A stretch of 64,000 bases of DNA from Spirochaetota bacterium (lineage in GTDB: Bacteria; Spirochaetota; UBA4802; UBA5550): NCBI GenBank assembly GCA_029564515.1, contig JAKQPV010000026.1:158066-222065 (forward strand), given 5' to 3'. The notes under the pieces are model-generated. The model saw nothing but the letters and a program-made list of their open reading frames with translations. It did not search any database and was not told where the DNA came from. Positions 54,554 through 63,201 of this stretch are shown here, piece after piece (positions within the stretch are counted from its first letter, which is position 1; each line of letters begins with the position of its first letter). A program made the translations under genes and the position numbers.

Positions 54554-55333
54554 CTAGCGTCTCCCTTTAGGCCGGCGGCCGCCCTTGCCGACTTTTCCTT
54601 TCGCCCAGTCCTCCTGCCGTCCCGCGCGCCGCCTGCCCGGCGCCGACCCCGCTTTTTCCACGATCAGGCCGTCCCTGATCTTGATGACACCGCTCGCGTA
54701 CTGCAGCACGTCCGGATCGTGCGTGGAAAAAACGAACGTGACGTTCTCGGTTTCGTTGAGGCGCTTCATCAGCCTCAGGATAGTGGCACCGGTTTCAGAG
54801 TCGAGGTTGGCCGTGGGCTCGTCCGCCAGCACGATCTGCGGGTTCGTGACCAGGGCGCGCGCTATGGCGACGCGCTGGCGCTGTCCGCCGGAGAGCTCGG
54901 CCGGGCGGTGGTCCATGAAATCCTGCAGGCCCACGTCCTCGATGCACCGCTCGGCCCGCGCGCGGATGTCCTCTTTTGACCATTTTTTGTCCTTCATCAG
55001 CAAAAGGGGAAACTCCACGTTCTCGAGAAGATTCAGCACCGGTATGAGGTTGAAGGTCTGGAAGATAAAGCCCACCTTGAAGAGCCGTATGTTGGTAAGC
55101 CCCTTGTCGTCAAGGGACGTGATGTCCTCTTCGGCGATCCTGACGCTCCCCCCGGTCGGCGTGTCGATGCAGCCGATGATGTTCAGCAGGGTGGTTTTCC
55201 CGCTGCCGGACGGGCCGACGATCGAGACAAACTCGCCCTCTTTCACGTAGAGATCGACCCCGCGCAGGGCATGGACGACCGTCTCGCCGAGCGGGTAATC
55301 TTTCCTGATGTTTGTCATTTCAATGATGTTCAT
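54554..55333 (-). CDS. ABC transporter ATP-binding protein (LolD/MacB-type) with a basic C-terminal tail
   Basis: Walker A GPSGSGKTT, signature LSGGQRQRVAIARAL, and Walker B IVLADEPT. Confidence 0.9.
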   Translation of the reverse strand: MNIIEMTNIRKDYPLGETVVHALRGVDLYVKEGEFVSIVGPSGSGKTTLLNIIGCIDTPTGGSVRIAEEDITSLDDKGLTNIRLFKVGFIFQTFNLIPVLNLLENVEFPLLLMKDKKWSKEDIRARAERCIEDVGLQDFMDHRPAELSGGQRQRVAIARALVTNPQIVLADEPTANLDSETGATILRLMKRLNETENVTFVFSTHDPDVLQYASGVIKIRDGLIVEKAGSAPGRRRAGRQEDWAKGKVGKGGRRPKGRR

Positions 55334-55528
55334 AGGCCACCTGCCAGGATTAGAGGGAGGATGCGTCCCCTCGCGGCCGCCGGAGCGCGGGCGCGATAAA
55401 GGCGATTATGCTGGTGGAAATAAAGCCGGATGTCAATAAAAAAACTATTCCCGGTAGTTCATCAGGAATTGTTTTTTAATTGCGGGCAGGCGGCATGGGC
55501 GTTTAAAAAAATTTTTGGTTATTATTAT

Positions 55529-55557
55529 TTGACTCCGGCCGCGTGTTTGTGTATTTT
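55529..55557 (+). promoter_or_regulatory. Candidate sigma70 promoter of sodA
   Basis: TTGACT, a 17-nt spacer, then TATTTT, about 40 bp upstream of the start codon. An AT-rich UP-like tract lies upstream. Confidence 0.45.
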
Positions 55558-55597
55558 TTAGTAATTTAGATCATTCTTAATTTTATGGAGGAATAAC

Positions 55598-56251
55598 ATG
55601 AAACGCTTTACGTTACCGGATCTACCCTATGCATACGATGCTCTTGAGCCATATATAGACGCGCGAACCATGGAAATCCACCACCAGAGGCACCACGGCA
55701 CGTACGTGGAGAGGCTGAACACCGCGCTGGAAAAGTACCCCCACCTGTACGATGAGACGCTGGAAAGACTGCTCTCGGACCTTTCGCGCCTGCCTGAAGA
55801 CATCAGGGACGCGGTACGGAACCACGGGGGCGGGCACCACAACCACTCCCTCTTCTGGAAAGTGCTCGGCCGCGGCGAAGGTGAAAATCCCGGCGGCGAA
55901 GTATGGGAGGCGCTGATCAAGGCCTTCGGCTCCGTGGAAAATTTCAAGGCCGAATTTTCGAAAGCGGCAACGAACCGGTTCGGGTCAGGGTGGGCCTGGC
56001 TATCGATGAATCCCCGCGGCGAGCTGGTCGTCCACTCGACCGCGAACCAGGACAGCCCCCTGATGGAGGGCCTCATTCCGGTCCTGGGCCTGGACGTGTG
56101 GGAGCACGCCTATTACCTGAATTACCAGAACCGGCGGCCCGACTACATCAAAGCGTTCTGGAGCGTGGTCAACTGGAAGCAGGTTGGCGAGAACTTCAGA
56201 AGCGCGCGGGATGAGGTCAGGCGCGGCGCAGCCGTGCGGAAGGCCTCGTAG
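55598..56251 (+). CDS. sodA: Superoxide dismutase, Mn-type signature
   Basis: [42 protein letters not shown] and DVWEHAYYL. The Gln in the NQD context points to the Mn type. Confidence 0.9.
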   Translation: MKRFTLPDLPYAYDALEPYIDARTMEIHHQRHHGTYVERLNTALEKYPHLYDETLERLLSDLSRLPEDIRDAVRNHGGGHHNHSLFWKVLGRGEGENPGGEVWEALIKAFGSVENFKAEFSKAATNRFGSGWAWLSMNPRGELVVHSTANQDSPLMEGLIPVLGLDVWEHAYYLNYQNRRPDYIKAFWSVVNWKQVGENFRSARDEVRRGAAVRKAS

Positions 56252-56441
56252 ACAGCGAAAGGCGGGGAGGAGCGGACGGCCGTTTCACCCGTCCGCGCTC
56301 TTCCGGAATTATTCTCATTTCTTGAAGCAAGACAGGCTGTTGTTTATCAGCCGGTGCATATTAGTTCATCGATTTACATCTGTAGAGCGATTGCGATACG
56401 CTTCCCGCCGCTTCAGAGGTTATTGTATGATCCTTCCCTGC

Positions 56442-56915
56442 TTACAGGTATCTCCGCACCCTGCTTTTGTATTCAATATAGGCCGCCCCGAACCGCTCCA
56501 GCAGGAACTTCTCCTCGCCGCGTATGATGAAATGATAAATCACGATGCTGTATATGCCGGCGATGTCCACAAACGGGTTCGAGGTGTAGAGCATGGAGGA
56601 TAGGGTGAAACAATTGAAGCCGACGTACATCGGGTTCCTGCTGAACTTGTAAATACCGCCTGTTTTAAGGACCGTGTCCTCGCCCGGCAGCCCCAGCCGG
56701 GTTGACTTACCCAGGTTGATCGAGCTCAGGACAACAAACGCAATCCCCGCAACGAAAGCCGCGTACGCTCCATACCTCGGAAACGGGCAGGAATACATGG
56801 ATATGTTGATTACGTTTAAAAGGGACAGGACGAGCAATATCCAGGTCGCGTACCCGGCGATCTTGCCGGTGTAAAAGAAGAAGGGATTGATGGTTGTCTT
56901 GCCTATTATATTCAT
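56442..56915 (-). CDS. Isoprenylcysteine carboxyl methyltransferase (ICMT/PEMT) family membrane methyltransferase
   Basis: C-terminal motif GIYKFSRNPMYVG...RGEEKFLLERFGAAYIEYKSRV. Confidence 0.65.
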   Translation of the reverse strand: MNIIGKTTINPFFFYTGKIAGYATWILLVLSLLNVINISMYSCPFPRYGAYAAFVAGIAFVVLSSINLGKSTRLGLPGEDTVLKTGGIYKFSRNPMYVGFNCFTLSSMLYTSNPFVDIAGIYSIVIYHFIIRGEEKFLLERFGAAYIEYKSRVRRYL

Positions 56916-57427
56916 ACCAGCGCCGCCAGGTTGCTGAAATCGTTTTCTATCCCGAGCAGGTCCAGGTACAGGGAGACCATTCCCCGGTGATGGGTCTGGT
57001 GATTGAAGACATGCATGATAAGGCCGCCGACGTTGCGGTTTTGCTCCTCCCCCTTCCAGTTCCTGTAGTGCAGGGATGTACCCAGGTCATCACCGGTGAT
57101 CTCATCCGCGAACGAGACAATGATCGAGTCGAGCCCGGAGCGCATCATCATATATTCAGCAATGCCGGCAAACGGCGCGCTATCCCGGGTAAACTCTTTT
57201 TTAATGGCGGGATGCTTCAGGCTTTCGAAAGGCCTCAGGGTGCCAAACCGCTTCATCCAGGCCATGTCGCTGATGTAAATATGGGAGCAGAGCAGCCTGA
57301 TGCTTTTAAAGTAACCGCCCAGGTCCTTTTCCCACCCGGCCGGAGTCAAACCGGAAATAATCGCATTCATTTCACTATTAACGTGCGCGTTATATCGGGC
57401 CAGCAGTTTTACCGTATCGGTTGTCAT
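56912..57427 (-). CDS. DinB-family (four-helix metal-dependent) protein
   Basis: LCSHIYISDMAWMKRF and FNHQTHHRGMVSLYL. Its stop overlaps the ICMT start (ATGA). Confidence 0.65.
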   Translation of the reverse strand: MTTDTVKLLARYNAHVNSEMNAIISGLTPAGWEKDLGGYFKSIRLLCSHIYISDMAWMKRFGTLRPFESLKHPAIKKEFTRDSAPFAGIAEYMMMRSGLDSIIVSFADEITGDDLGTSLHYRNWKGEEQNRNVGGLIMHVFNHQTHHRGMVSLYLDLLGIENDFSNLAALV

Positions 57428-57543
57428 GGAGACCTCCTGTGTGATATAAAAAAGATGATAGCCGGGCTCGTTTTGCCATGATGCTGATACGAACAAAAAG
57501 CCGGCGCGCCGTCAACGCATTGCGCGAACATGCGAACGCGCGA

Positions 57544-58251
57544 TTAATGTATCAGCCCCAGCGCGACGGCGACGAAGACCGGGCCGTTATACAGGCCATG
57601 GATGAATACCCCCGCGAGGGTGTTGTTCGTTTTATAATAAACATACGGGACAATGACGATGATCGGCACGAGAATGATCAGCAACTCGAAACCGAACGGC
57701 AGGTGAAACATGAGCCACAACAGGGAGCAGAGCGGCCAGTACCCGCCCGGGAGCCGCGCCTGGATATAACCGCGCCACAGGAGCTCTTCACCGGCAATGT
57801 TAAAGAAGAACATGGGCAGCCAGACCAGTAGTAACAGCGCGTCCTTTCCATGAAACGGGCTTATCTCCATGAACCACGGGGTGGTCGAGATGGGCCTGAA
57901 TCCGCAATATGCGCTCAGGGCGTACGACGCGCCGAACACCAGGCCGGTCGAAACGAAGCAGGCCAGCAGTCCAGCGATGGCCCAGGCCCACTCTTTTTTC
58001 GAGAGCAACCTGACGTTTAAAGAATCCAGTATCTCCCGGAGGCTTTTACCGCCCTCCCGCGCGGACATTAGTACCGCAACAAGAAAGATCGGCATAAAAA
58101 GAAAATATCCCGTGATAAACCAGTAGAGCGCCGGGTTTAGCGTATAATTCGACTGTAACCAGGGCACCAGGGTGAACAGAAGCAGGTAGAAATACAGCGT
58201 GAAGACAAAAAAGACCAGGGCCGCTTTAACGGGAGAGATGTTTGCTTTCAT
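57544..58251 (-). CDS. CPBP-family intramembrane glutamic endopeptidase (CAAX protease/Rce1-like)
   Basis: EELLWRGY, LMFHLPFG and FIHGLYN motifs in a polytopic membrane protein. Confidence 0.75.
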   Translation of the reverse strand: MKANISPVKAALVFFVFTLYFYLLLFTLVPWLQSNYTLNPALYWFITGYFLFMPIFLVAVLMSAREGGKSLREILDSLNVRLLSKKEWAWAIAGLLACFVSTGLVFGASYALSAYCGFRPISTTPWFMEISPFHGKDALLLLVWLPMFFFNIAGEELLWRGYIQARLPGGYWPLCSLLWLMFHLPFGFELLIILVPIIVIVPYVYYKTNNTLAGVFIHGLYNGPVFVAVALGLIH

Positions 58252-58257
58252 AACGGA

Positions 58258-59223
58258 TCATGCCTTTACGATAAATACAACATTCCCGGTCTTCCGGCCC
58301 GATTCGACATACCGGGCCGCCTCGACCGCCTGTTCAAGAGTGTACGTCCTGTCAATGACCGCTTTGTACTTCCCTGTCTCGATCAGCGTTTTAAAGAAAA
58401 GGATATCTTCTTTACTGTCCTTCGGCACCGGAAAGCCGACCTTCCTGCCGCGGAAGATCGGGGTCAGGAGCGCCAGGAACAGGTTCTGGGCCAGGAACCC
58501 GAACTCGGTCGAGAAATAGGTACCGCCCGGCTTCAGCAGCCGCCTGCACCTGAAGAACGAGCTCTTGCCCACAGCATCGATCACGGCATCGTACGTATTA
58601 TCGTCCCGGGTAAAATCGTCTTTCGTGTAATCGATCACCCGGTCCGCGCCCAGGGACGTCAGCAGGTCCAGGTTCTTCGTGTCGCAGACGGCCGTGACCC
58701 TCGCGCCGTGGTATTTCGCAAGCTGCACGCACGCGGACCCGATGGACCCGGATGCGCCGTTTACCAGGACGTCCCGGGGCGCGCTGAAATCGATTTCCTC
58801 CACGTAGTTCTTCGCGAGCATCAGGCCGTCGCACACGGCAGCGGCCTCTTCGAAGGAGGCGTTCGCGGGCATCGCCGCGACCGGGCCCTTCTCCGGCACG
58901 CACAGGTATTCCGCGTGCGCGCCGAAATTCACGGTGCTCAGCCCGAACACCCGGTCCCCTTTTTTAAATGTAGACACGTCCTTTCCGGCCGCCTCGACCA
59001 CGCCCGCGAACTCGTTCCCCATTATCTGCTTGCGGGGCCTGAAGAGCCCGTTGAAGAAACGGATGATGAAATATTCCGGGGCGCGAAACCCGCAGTCGGT
59101 CCGGTTCATCGTGGCCGCGTGAATCTCCACCAGGACCTCGTTGTCCCCCGGAACAGGTTTCCGGACCTCCGCCAGGCGCAGGACTTCCGGCGGGCCGTAT
59201 GATTCATATCTGATCGCTTTCAT
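58258..59223 (-). CDS. Medium-chain (zinc-type/quinone oxidoreductase-like) NAD(P)-dependent dehydrogenase
   Basis: MKAIRYESYGPPEVL and the Rossmann motif VLVNGASGSIGSACVQLAK. The start ATG overlaps the upstream stop (ATGA). Confidence 0.8.
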   Translation of the reverse strand: MKAIRYESYGPPEVLRLAEVRKPVPGDNEVLVEIHAATMNRTDCGFRAPEYFIIRFFNGLFRPRKQIMGNEFAGVVEAAGKDVSTFKKGDRVFGLSTVNFGAHAEYLCVPEKGPVAAMPANASFEEAAAVCDGLMLAKNYVEEIDFSAPRDVLVNGASGSIGSACVQLAKYHGARVTAVCDTKNLDLLTSLGADRVIDYTKDDFTRDDNTYDAVIDAVGKSSFFRCRRLLKPGGTYFSTEFGFLAQNLFLALLTPIFRGRKVGFPVPKDSKEDILFFKTLIETGKYKAVIDRTYTLEQAVEAARYVESGRKTGNVVFIVKA

Positions 59224-59948
59224 ATGCATTCATCCCCTTTACACGGCAATTCGCATACTGCCTCGGCCGGATCGATCTCTCTGATTTTGCCGTTGCCCGT
59301 ATCCACGCCCCATGCCCTCTTCACGATGACCTCGTAATTTTCCCCGACGTCGCCCAGCGCGATAATGCCGGTCTTTTTGAGGCCCTTTGCCCTGCATTCC
59401 ATGCCATAAAATATTCTATCGCCATCCCCCGCATTGACAACCAGTTTGTCAGCGACAAGAAAGCAGGCATACTTGCCTTTATATCCTACCGCAATCTCGG
59501 TTAACAGGAGCGACGTAGCCCCGCCCCGGTACCTGCTCACATAAATATTTTCCGATTCAGGAATTATACCGCCGCCCAGGTCTTCCATTCCCCCGGGGAT
59601 TTTACAGGCGCCATAATAGAGAGAACCGATCAGGCCGGGAGTGAAGTTACATACGCACCCATCTTCCTTGATCAAATACCCGCCGAAAACCCAGCCATGC
59701 CTGCCGTTAAATTCAACCTTATACCAATTCGCAGGTCTTGCATCGATGGTGGCCCTGTTCCCCATTTCCAGCAGCGTGACTTTTGATCCGACGGGGATCA
59801 GCAGGAGCTTCGGGGACGCCAGCGACTGGTCCGCCCTCATGTACAGGCCGCTCGTGGAGACGACATACGCATCGCCAATCGATTTTTTACATGAAACGCA
59901 GATGAGCAACGTGACAAGGATTGCGGCCAGAATGATCGATTGTTTCAT
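59220..59948 (-). CDS. Lipoprotein with a bacterial SH3 domain
   Basis: Lipobox LLICVSC. SH3b-like LYMRADQSLASPKLLLIPVGSKVTLLE...WYKVEFNGRHGWVFGGYL. Confidence 0.5.
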   Translation of the reverse strand: MKQSIILAAILVTLLICVSCKKSIGDAYVVSTSGLYMRADQSLASPKLLLIPVGSKVTLLEMGNRATIDARPANWYKVEFNGRHGWVFGGYLIKEDGCVCNFTPGLIGSLYYGACKIPGGMEDLGGGIIPESENIYVSRYRGGATSLLLTEIAVGYKGKYACFLVADKLVVNAGDGDRIFYGMECRAKGLKKTGIIALGDVGENYEVIVKRAWGVDTGNGKIREIDPAEAVCELPCKGDECI

Positions 59949-60026
59949 CAGATGCCTCCCGATAAAAAAACTGCCTTAATCTTTCCTTGCGTTCCGGGCC
60001 TCTTCCCCGCGAATGACATGAACCGC

Positions 60027-61313
60027 CTATCCCGCCCGCTGCCGTGCCGCGTCGATCCGCTCCAGCAGCGCCTCGATCCGCGTGAACGCGCCCTCCTCGC
60101 TGTAGGTGCGCACGTCCGCGTGGTCCACGTCGATCATGACCACGGGTATGCCGAGGTCCCGCGACACGGTCCTCAGGCAGTCCATTTGCATGATGGAGTA
60201 GACCTTGCAACTCCGGTTGCTGGCGAACACGAACCCGTCAATGCCGTAGTGCCGGGCCGCCCGGGTCATCGCGTTCACCCGGAGGTTCAGGCCGTACGGG
60301 CACACGGAAAAGTTCTGCGCCCGGGCCAGCGCCTCCAGCGGATCGCCCCCGTCATAGGACTGGAGGAGCTCGTACGACCCCTCGTGGCTGCCCACGCAGG
60401 AGGTGTAGCTTGCCGCCACGATGTTCGCGTCAAGGCCCGCGAGCCGCGCGGACATTTTCCTGAGCTGGTGCCAGGGCGCGATGCTGTCCCAGAAGAGCCG
60501 GTACCGCTCGCCGGGCACCGGGAAGAGCCCGCTCCTCATCCGCTCTTCGGTCTCGTCCGCAAGCATGGCGAAATGGCGGTCTATCCCCGGCCTGCCCCGC
60601 GAGGTCAGGAGCGGCGCCATCTGCACGAACGAATCGAAGGCCGTGATGCCCGACGGCCGCGCGGCCGCGCAGTCGATGAACCGCTTGTAGTGGCGCGTGG
60701 CCTCGCGCGTCGTGCGGAGCGCCTCCCGCACGCGGTCGAGGTCAAACGTCTGCCCGGACAGCTGTTCAACTGTTTTGATCAGGTCGCGGTACTGGGCCGT
60801 GATATAGGCCCGGTCCCGGTCCTTCTGCCCCTCGTAGCAGAAGGGCACGTCTATCAGGAAGTGGGGGACGCCCCATTCCCGGTGGTACACGTCGAACCAC
60901 TTGGCCAGGAGCGAGCAGTTGTTGTTGTTCGAGACGAGCAGGTGCGGGCGCGGCAGCCCGAACGTGGGCGAGTCCTTGCCCCCGCTCAGGGCGGTGCCGA
61001 GGTCGATCCGCGCGTACGAGCAGATGTCCATGGAATAGCCGGCCGCTTCCGCCTTTTCGCACTGGAGCATGCCCACGCCCTTGGCCGCGCTCAGGGCCGC
61101 GTGGCTCTCGGGCACGGCGAACACGACGTTCTTGAACCCGCTGAAAATCTCCGCGGGCACGATGATCGCGATCCACACGACGAAGGCCCCCTCGCCCGCG
61201 CGCCGGTGCAGGGCCGTGTACTCTTCGGTCATGAGCTGCGTCAGACGTTTGCCCGACTCGGTCTTCCGGAATTTCTGTTCAGCCTGTTTTACTTCCGCCA
61301 TGGCGTGCTTCAC
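60027..61313 (-). CDS. 2-hydroxyacyl-CoA dehydratase / benzoyl-CoA reductase family subunit (HGD-D, BcrC/BadD/HgdB-like)
   Basis: Family-typical length, with conserved Cys-containing segments (SYTSCVG, NRSCKVYS) and adjacency to a paralog. Confidence 0.8.
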   Translation of the reverse strand: MKHAMAEVKQAEQKFRKTESGKRLTQLMTEEYTALHRRAGEGAFVVWIAIIVPAEIFSGFKNVVFAVPESHAALSAAKGVGMLQCEKAEAAGYSMDICSYARIDLGTALSGGKDSPTFGLPRPHLLVSNNNNCSLLAKWFDVYHREWGVPHFLIDVPFCYEGQKDRDRAYITAQYRDLIKTVEQLSGQTFDLDRVREALRTTREATRHYKRFIDCAAARPSGITAFDSFVQMAPLLTSRGRPGIDRHFAMLADETEERMRSGLFPVPGERYRLFWDSIAPWHQLRKMSARLAGLDANIVAASYTSCVGSHEGSYELLQSYDGGDPLEALARAQNFSVCPYGLNLRVNAMTRAARHYGIDGFVFASNRSCKVYSIMQMDCLRTVSRDLGIPVVMIDVDHADVRTYSEEGAFTRIEALLERIDAARQRAG

Positions 61314-61325
61314 CCGTTCCCGTTG

Positions 61326-62432
61326 TTAGTGGTCCAAAAGCTCGGCAAAGGCCTCGACCCGCGTCCGTAACGACGCGGCGCCGTCCCGGTCGCCGGCCGC
61401 GATCTCGATCTCCATGTGCGCGATCTTTTTTTCATCGAGAATTTTACGCATATACGGCAGCTCCAGGTACTCGTACTCGCAGAACTTCTCGCCCACGAAG
61501 AGCACCCCGCGCGCGTCCCGCTCCGCGGCACGGGCGCACAGTTCGTCGATCCGCCGGTCCGCGGTGTACAGGAGCGTGGTGCAGGCGCGGCGGGCGCGGT
61601 ACGCCCCGCAATAGAACGCGGCAGGGTCGCCGGTTAGGGCCGCCTCGTGCCCGTAGGAGCGGGACTGGGACGCCACGTCGTTTCCCGCCACGCGCATGCC
61701 GGCCCCCTCGATCGCGTCGATCAGGCCGTCGGGCGGAGGAAGGATGCCGGTTACGATGATCCGCCTTGCGTTCGGGACGGCCGGCGACGCTTCCGCCCGC
61801 TCCACCGCCGAAGAGAGCTCGCGCGCGTGGTCCTCGACCGCGCAGAAATGGCCGTTACGGATCACGCGCGAGAATTCCCGGTACGACACGCGCCCTTCCG
61901 CTGTCAGCAGCTCGAGCCTGCGGGCAAGCGCCCGCGCCTCGTTGTACAACCGCGCGCTTTCGCGGAACCTCTCCGGCGAAAACTCCACGCCGAACGCCTC
62001 TTCCAGGCCGCGCACCAGGTCATTCACCCGCGCCGCGAGGTAGTCGTTCGCGTCGGCGCGGTCCGCGGGGACCATGGGGAGGTGCATCCGGAGGAGCGGC
62101 AGGCTCCTCCCCTTTTCCGAAAGGCCGCTCTGGAGTATCTCGGGCATGTTGCGGAGCGTGTCGCAGGCGTTGTACATGAGGATGCCGTCGAGGCGCGCGC
62201 CGTCTTCGGAGAGGATGAATTCGGCAAGCCGGCGCGCGACGGAGCAGGCAAAGGCCTGGAGATGGCGGTCGCTCTCGCCGAGCGAGGGCGCCGCTTCCTT
62301 AATGTCCCAGAGCACGAGCGGGACCAGGCCTAAGGAGTGCACCAGCTCGACGGGCGGATACAGGGGAAAGCACCCTACCGCCCTGGAGCCGCTCTTCTTT
62401 ATTCGCCGGATATTTTCAAAAAGTTCGCCCAT
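61326..62432 (-). CDS. 2-hydroxyacyl-CoA dehydratase family subunit (HGD-D)
   Basis: AVGCFPLYPPVELVHSLGLVP, YNACDTLRN and GEKFCEYEYLELPYMRKILDEKKI are typical of this family. Confidence 0.8.
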   Translation of the reverse strand: MGELFENIRRIKKSGSRAVGCFPLYPPVELVHSLGLVPLVLWDIKEAAPSLGESDRHLQAFACSVARRLAEFILSEDGARLDGILMYNACDTLRNMPEILQSGLSEKGRSLPLLRMHLPMVPADRADANDYLAARVNDLVRGLEEAFGVEFSPERFRESARLYNEARALARRLELLTAEGRVSYREFSRVIRNGHFCAVEDHARELSSAVERAEASPAVPNARRIIVTGILPPPDGLIDAIEGAGMRVAGNDVASQSRSYGHEAALTGDPAAFYCGAYRARRACTTLLYTADRRIDELCARAAERDARGVLFVGEKFCEYEYLELPYMRKILDEKKIAHMEIEIAAGDRDGAASLRTRVEAFAELLDH

Positions 62433-62500
62433 TGATTATCGCTTTTTATCTGCAGCCTGGCCCGGGAGAGTCACCCCACGCGGGGCATTCCATCCTGTTA

Positions 62501-62803
62501 TCAGGACGCCTGCAGCCCCGAAAGAGAATGAATTTTATCCAGTTCTTTCGACAATTTACTTTTTTCCTCTTCGAGATCAAAGTCGTTCTGCAGGCCCAGC
62601 CAGAATTCGGGAGAATTCCCGAAAAACCTGCTGAAACGCAGGGCGGTATCCGCCGTGATCCTTCTTTTCTTTTTTATTATCTCGGAGATCCTGGTCTGCG
62701 GAATATTGGTTTCCTTGGCAAGCCGATACGCGGTAATCCCCAACGGCGCGAGGAATTCCTCGTTAAGTATTTCTCCCGGATGTATATTGGGTAAACGTTT
62801 CAT
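62501..62803 (-). CDS. higA: HigA-family antitoxin (XRE HTH)
   Basis: IHPGEILNEEFLAPLGITAYRLAKETNIPQTRISEIIKKKRRITADTALRFSRFFGNSPEFWLGLQ matches the HigA/VapI pattern. Confidence 0.8.
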   Translation of the reverse strand: MKRLPNIHPGEILNEEFLAPLGITAYRLAKETNIPQTRISEIIKKKRRITADTALRFSRFFGNSPEFWLGLQNDFDLEEEKSKLSKELDKIHSLSGLQAS

Positions 62804-62819
62804 GTTCGTGCCTCAACAA

Positions 62820-63101
62820 TTAATGATAATCAACTATTTCAACGTTATAAGCATTTCCTTCGTTCCACTTAAAACATATTCTCCACTGATCGTTTATTCG
62901 TATGCTGAATTGTCCTTTCCTGCCGCCTTTCAGGGATTCAAGCTTATTGGCAGGCGGAATTCTCAAATCAGCCAGGGATATTGAATTATTGATTATTCTC
63001 AATTTCATCCTTGCTTTTCTCTGGATATCAGGAGGCAGTTTTGTTGATACTTCACCAATCCAGATTTTTTCAGTTTCTTTCGAATGAAACGATTTGATCA
63101 T
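62820..63101 (-). CDS. higB: HigB-family toxin (RelE/ParE superfamily, 'killer protein')
   Basis: MIKSF..KETEKIW..., SLKGGRKGQFSIRINDQWRICFKW....VEIVDYH is the canonical HigB pattern. It lies upstream of higA. Confidence 0.8.
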   Translation of the reverse strand: MIKSFHSKETEKIWIGEVSTKLPPDIQRKARMKLRIINNSISLADLRIPPANKLESLKGGRKGQFSIRINDQWRICFKWNEGNAYNVEIVDYH

Positions 63102-63201
63102 GTATTAATAATACCGAATTGCGTTAGTAACGTCAAGCAGAATTACCGGTCATTCACACGTAATTAATTAATCCGGAACCATCCAGATCCACGGTCCGTT
63201 C

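Noticed and set aside
60000-61370. 476-aa + strand ORF (listed as 59940..61370)
   Set aside because: It is antisense to the HGD-D dehydratase subunit and has Arg/Pro/His-rich shadow composition.
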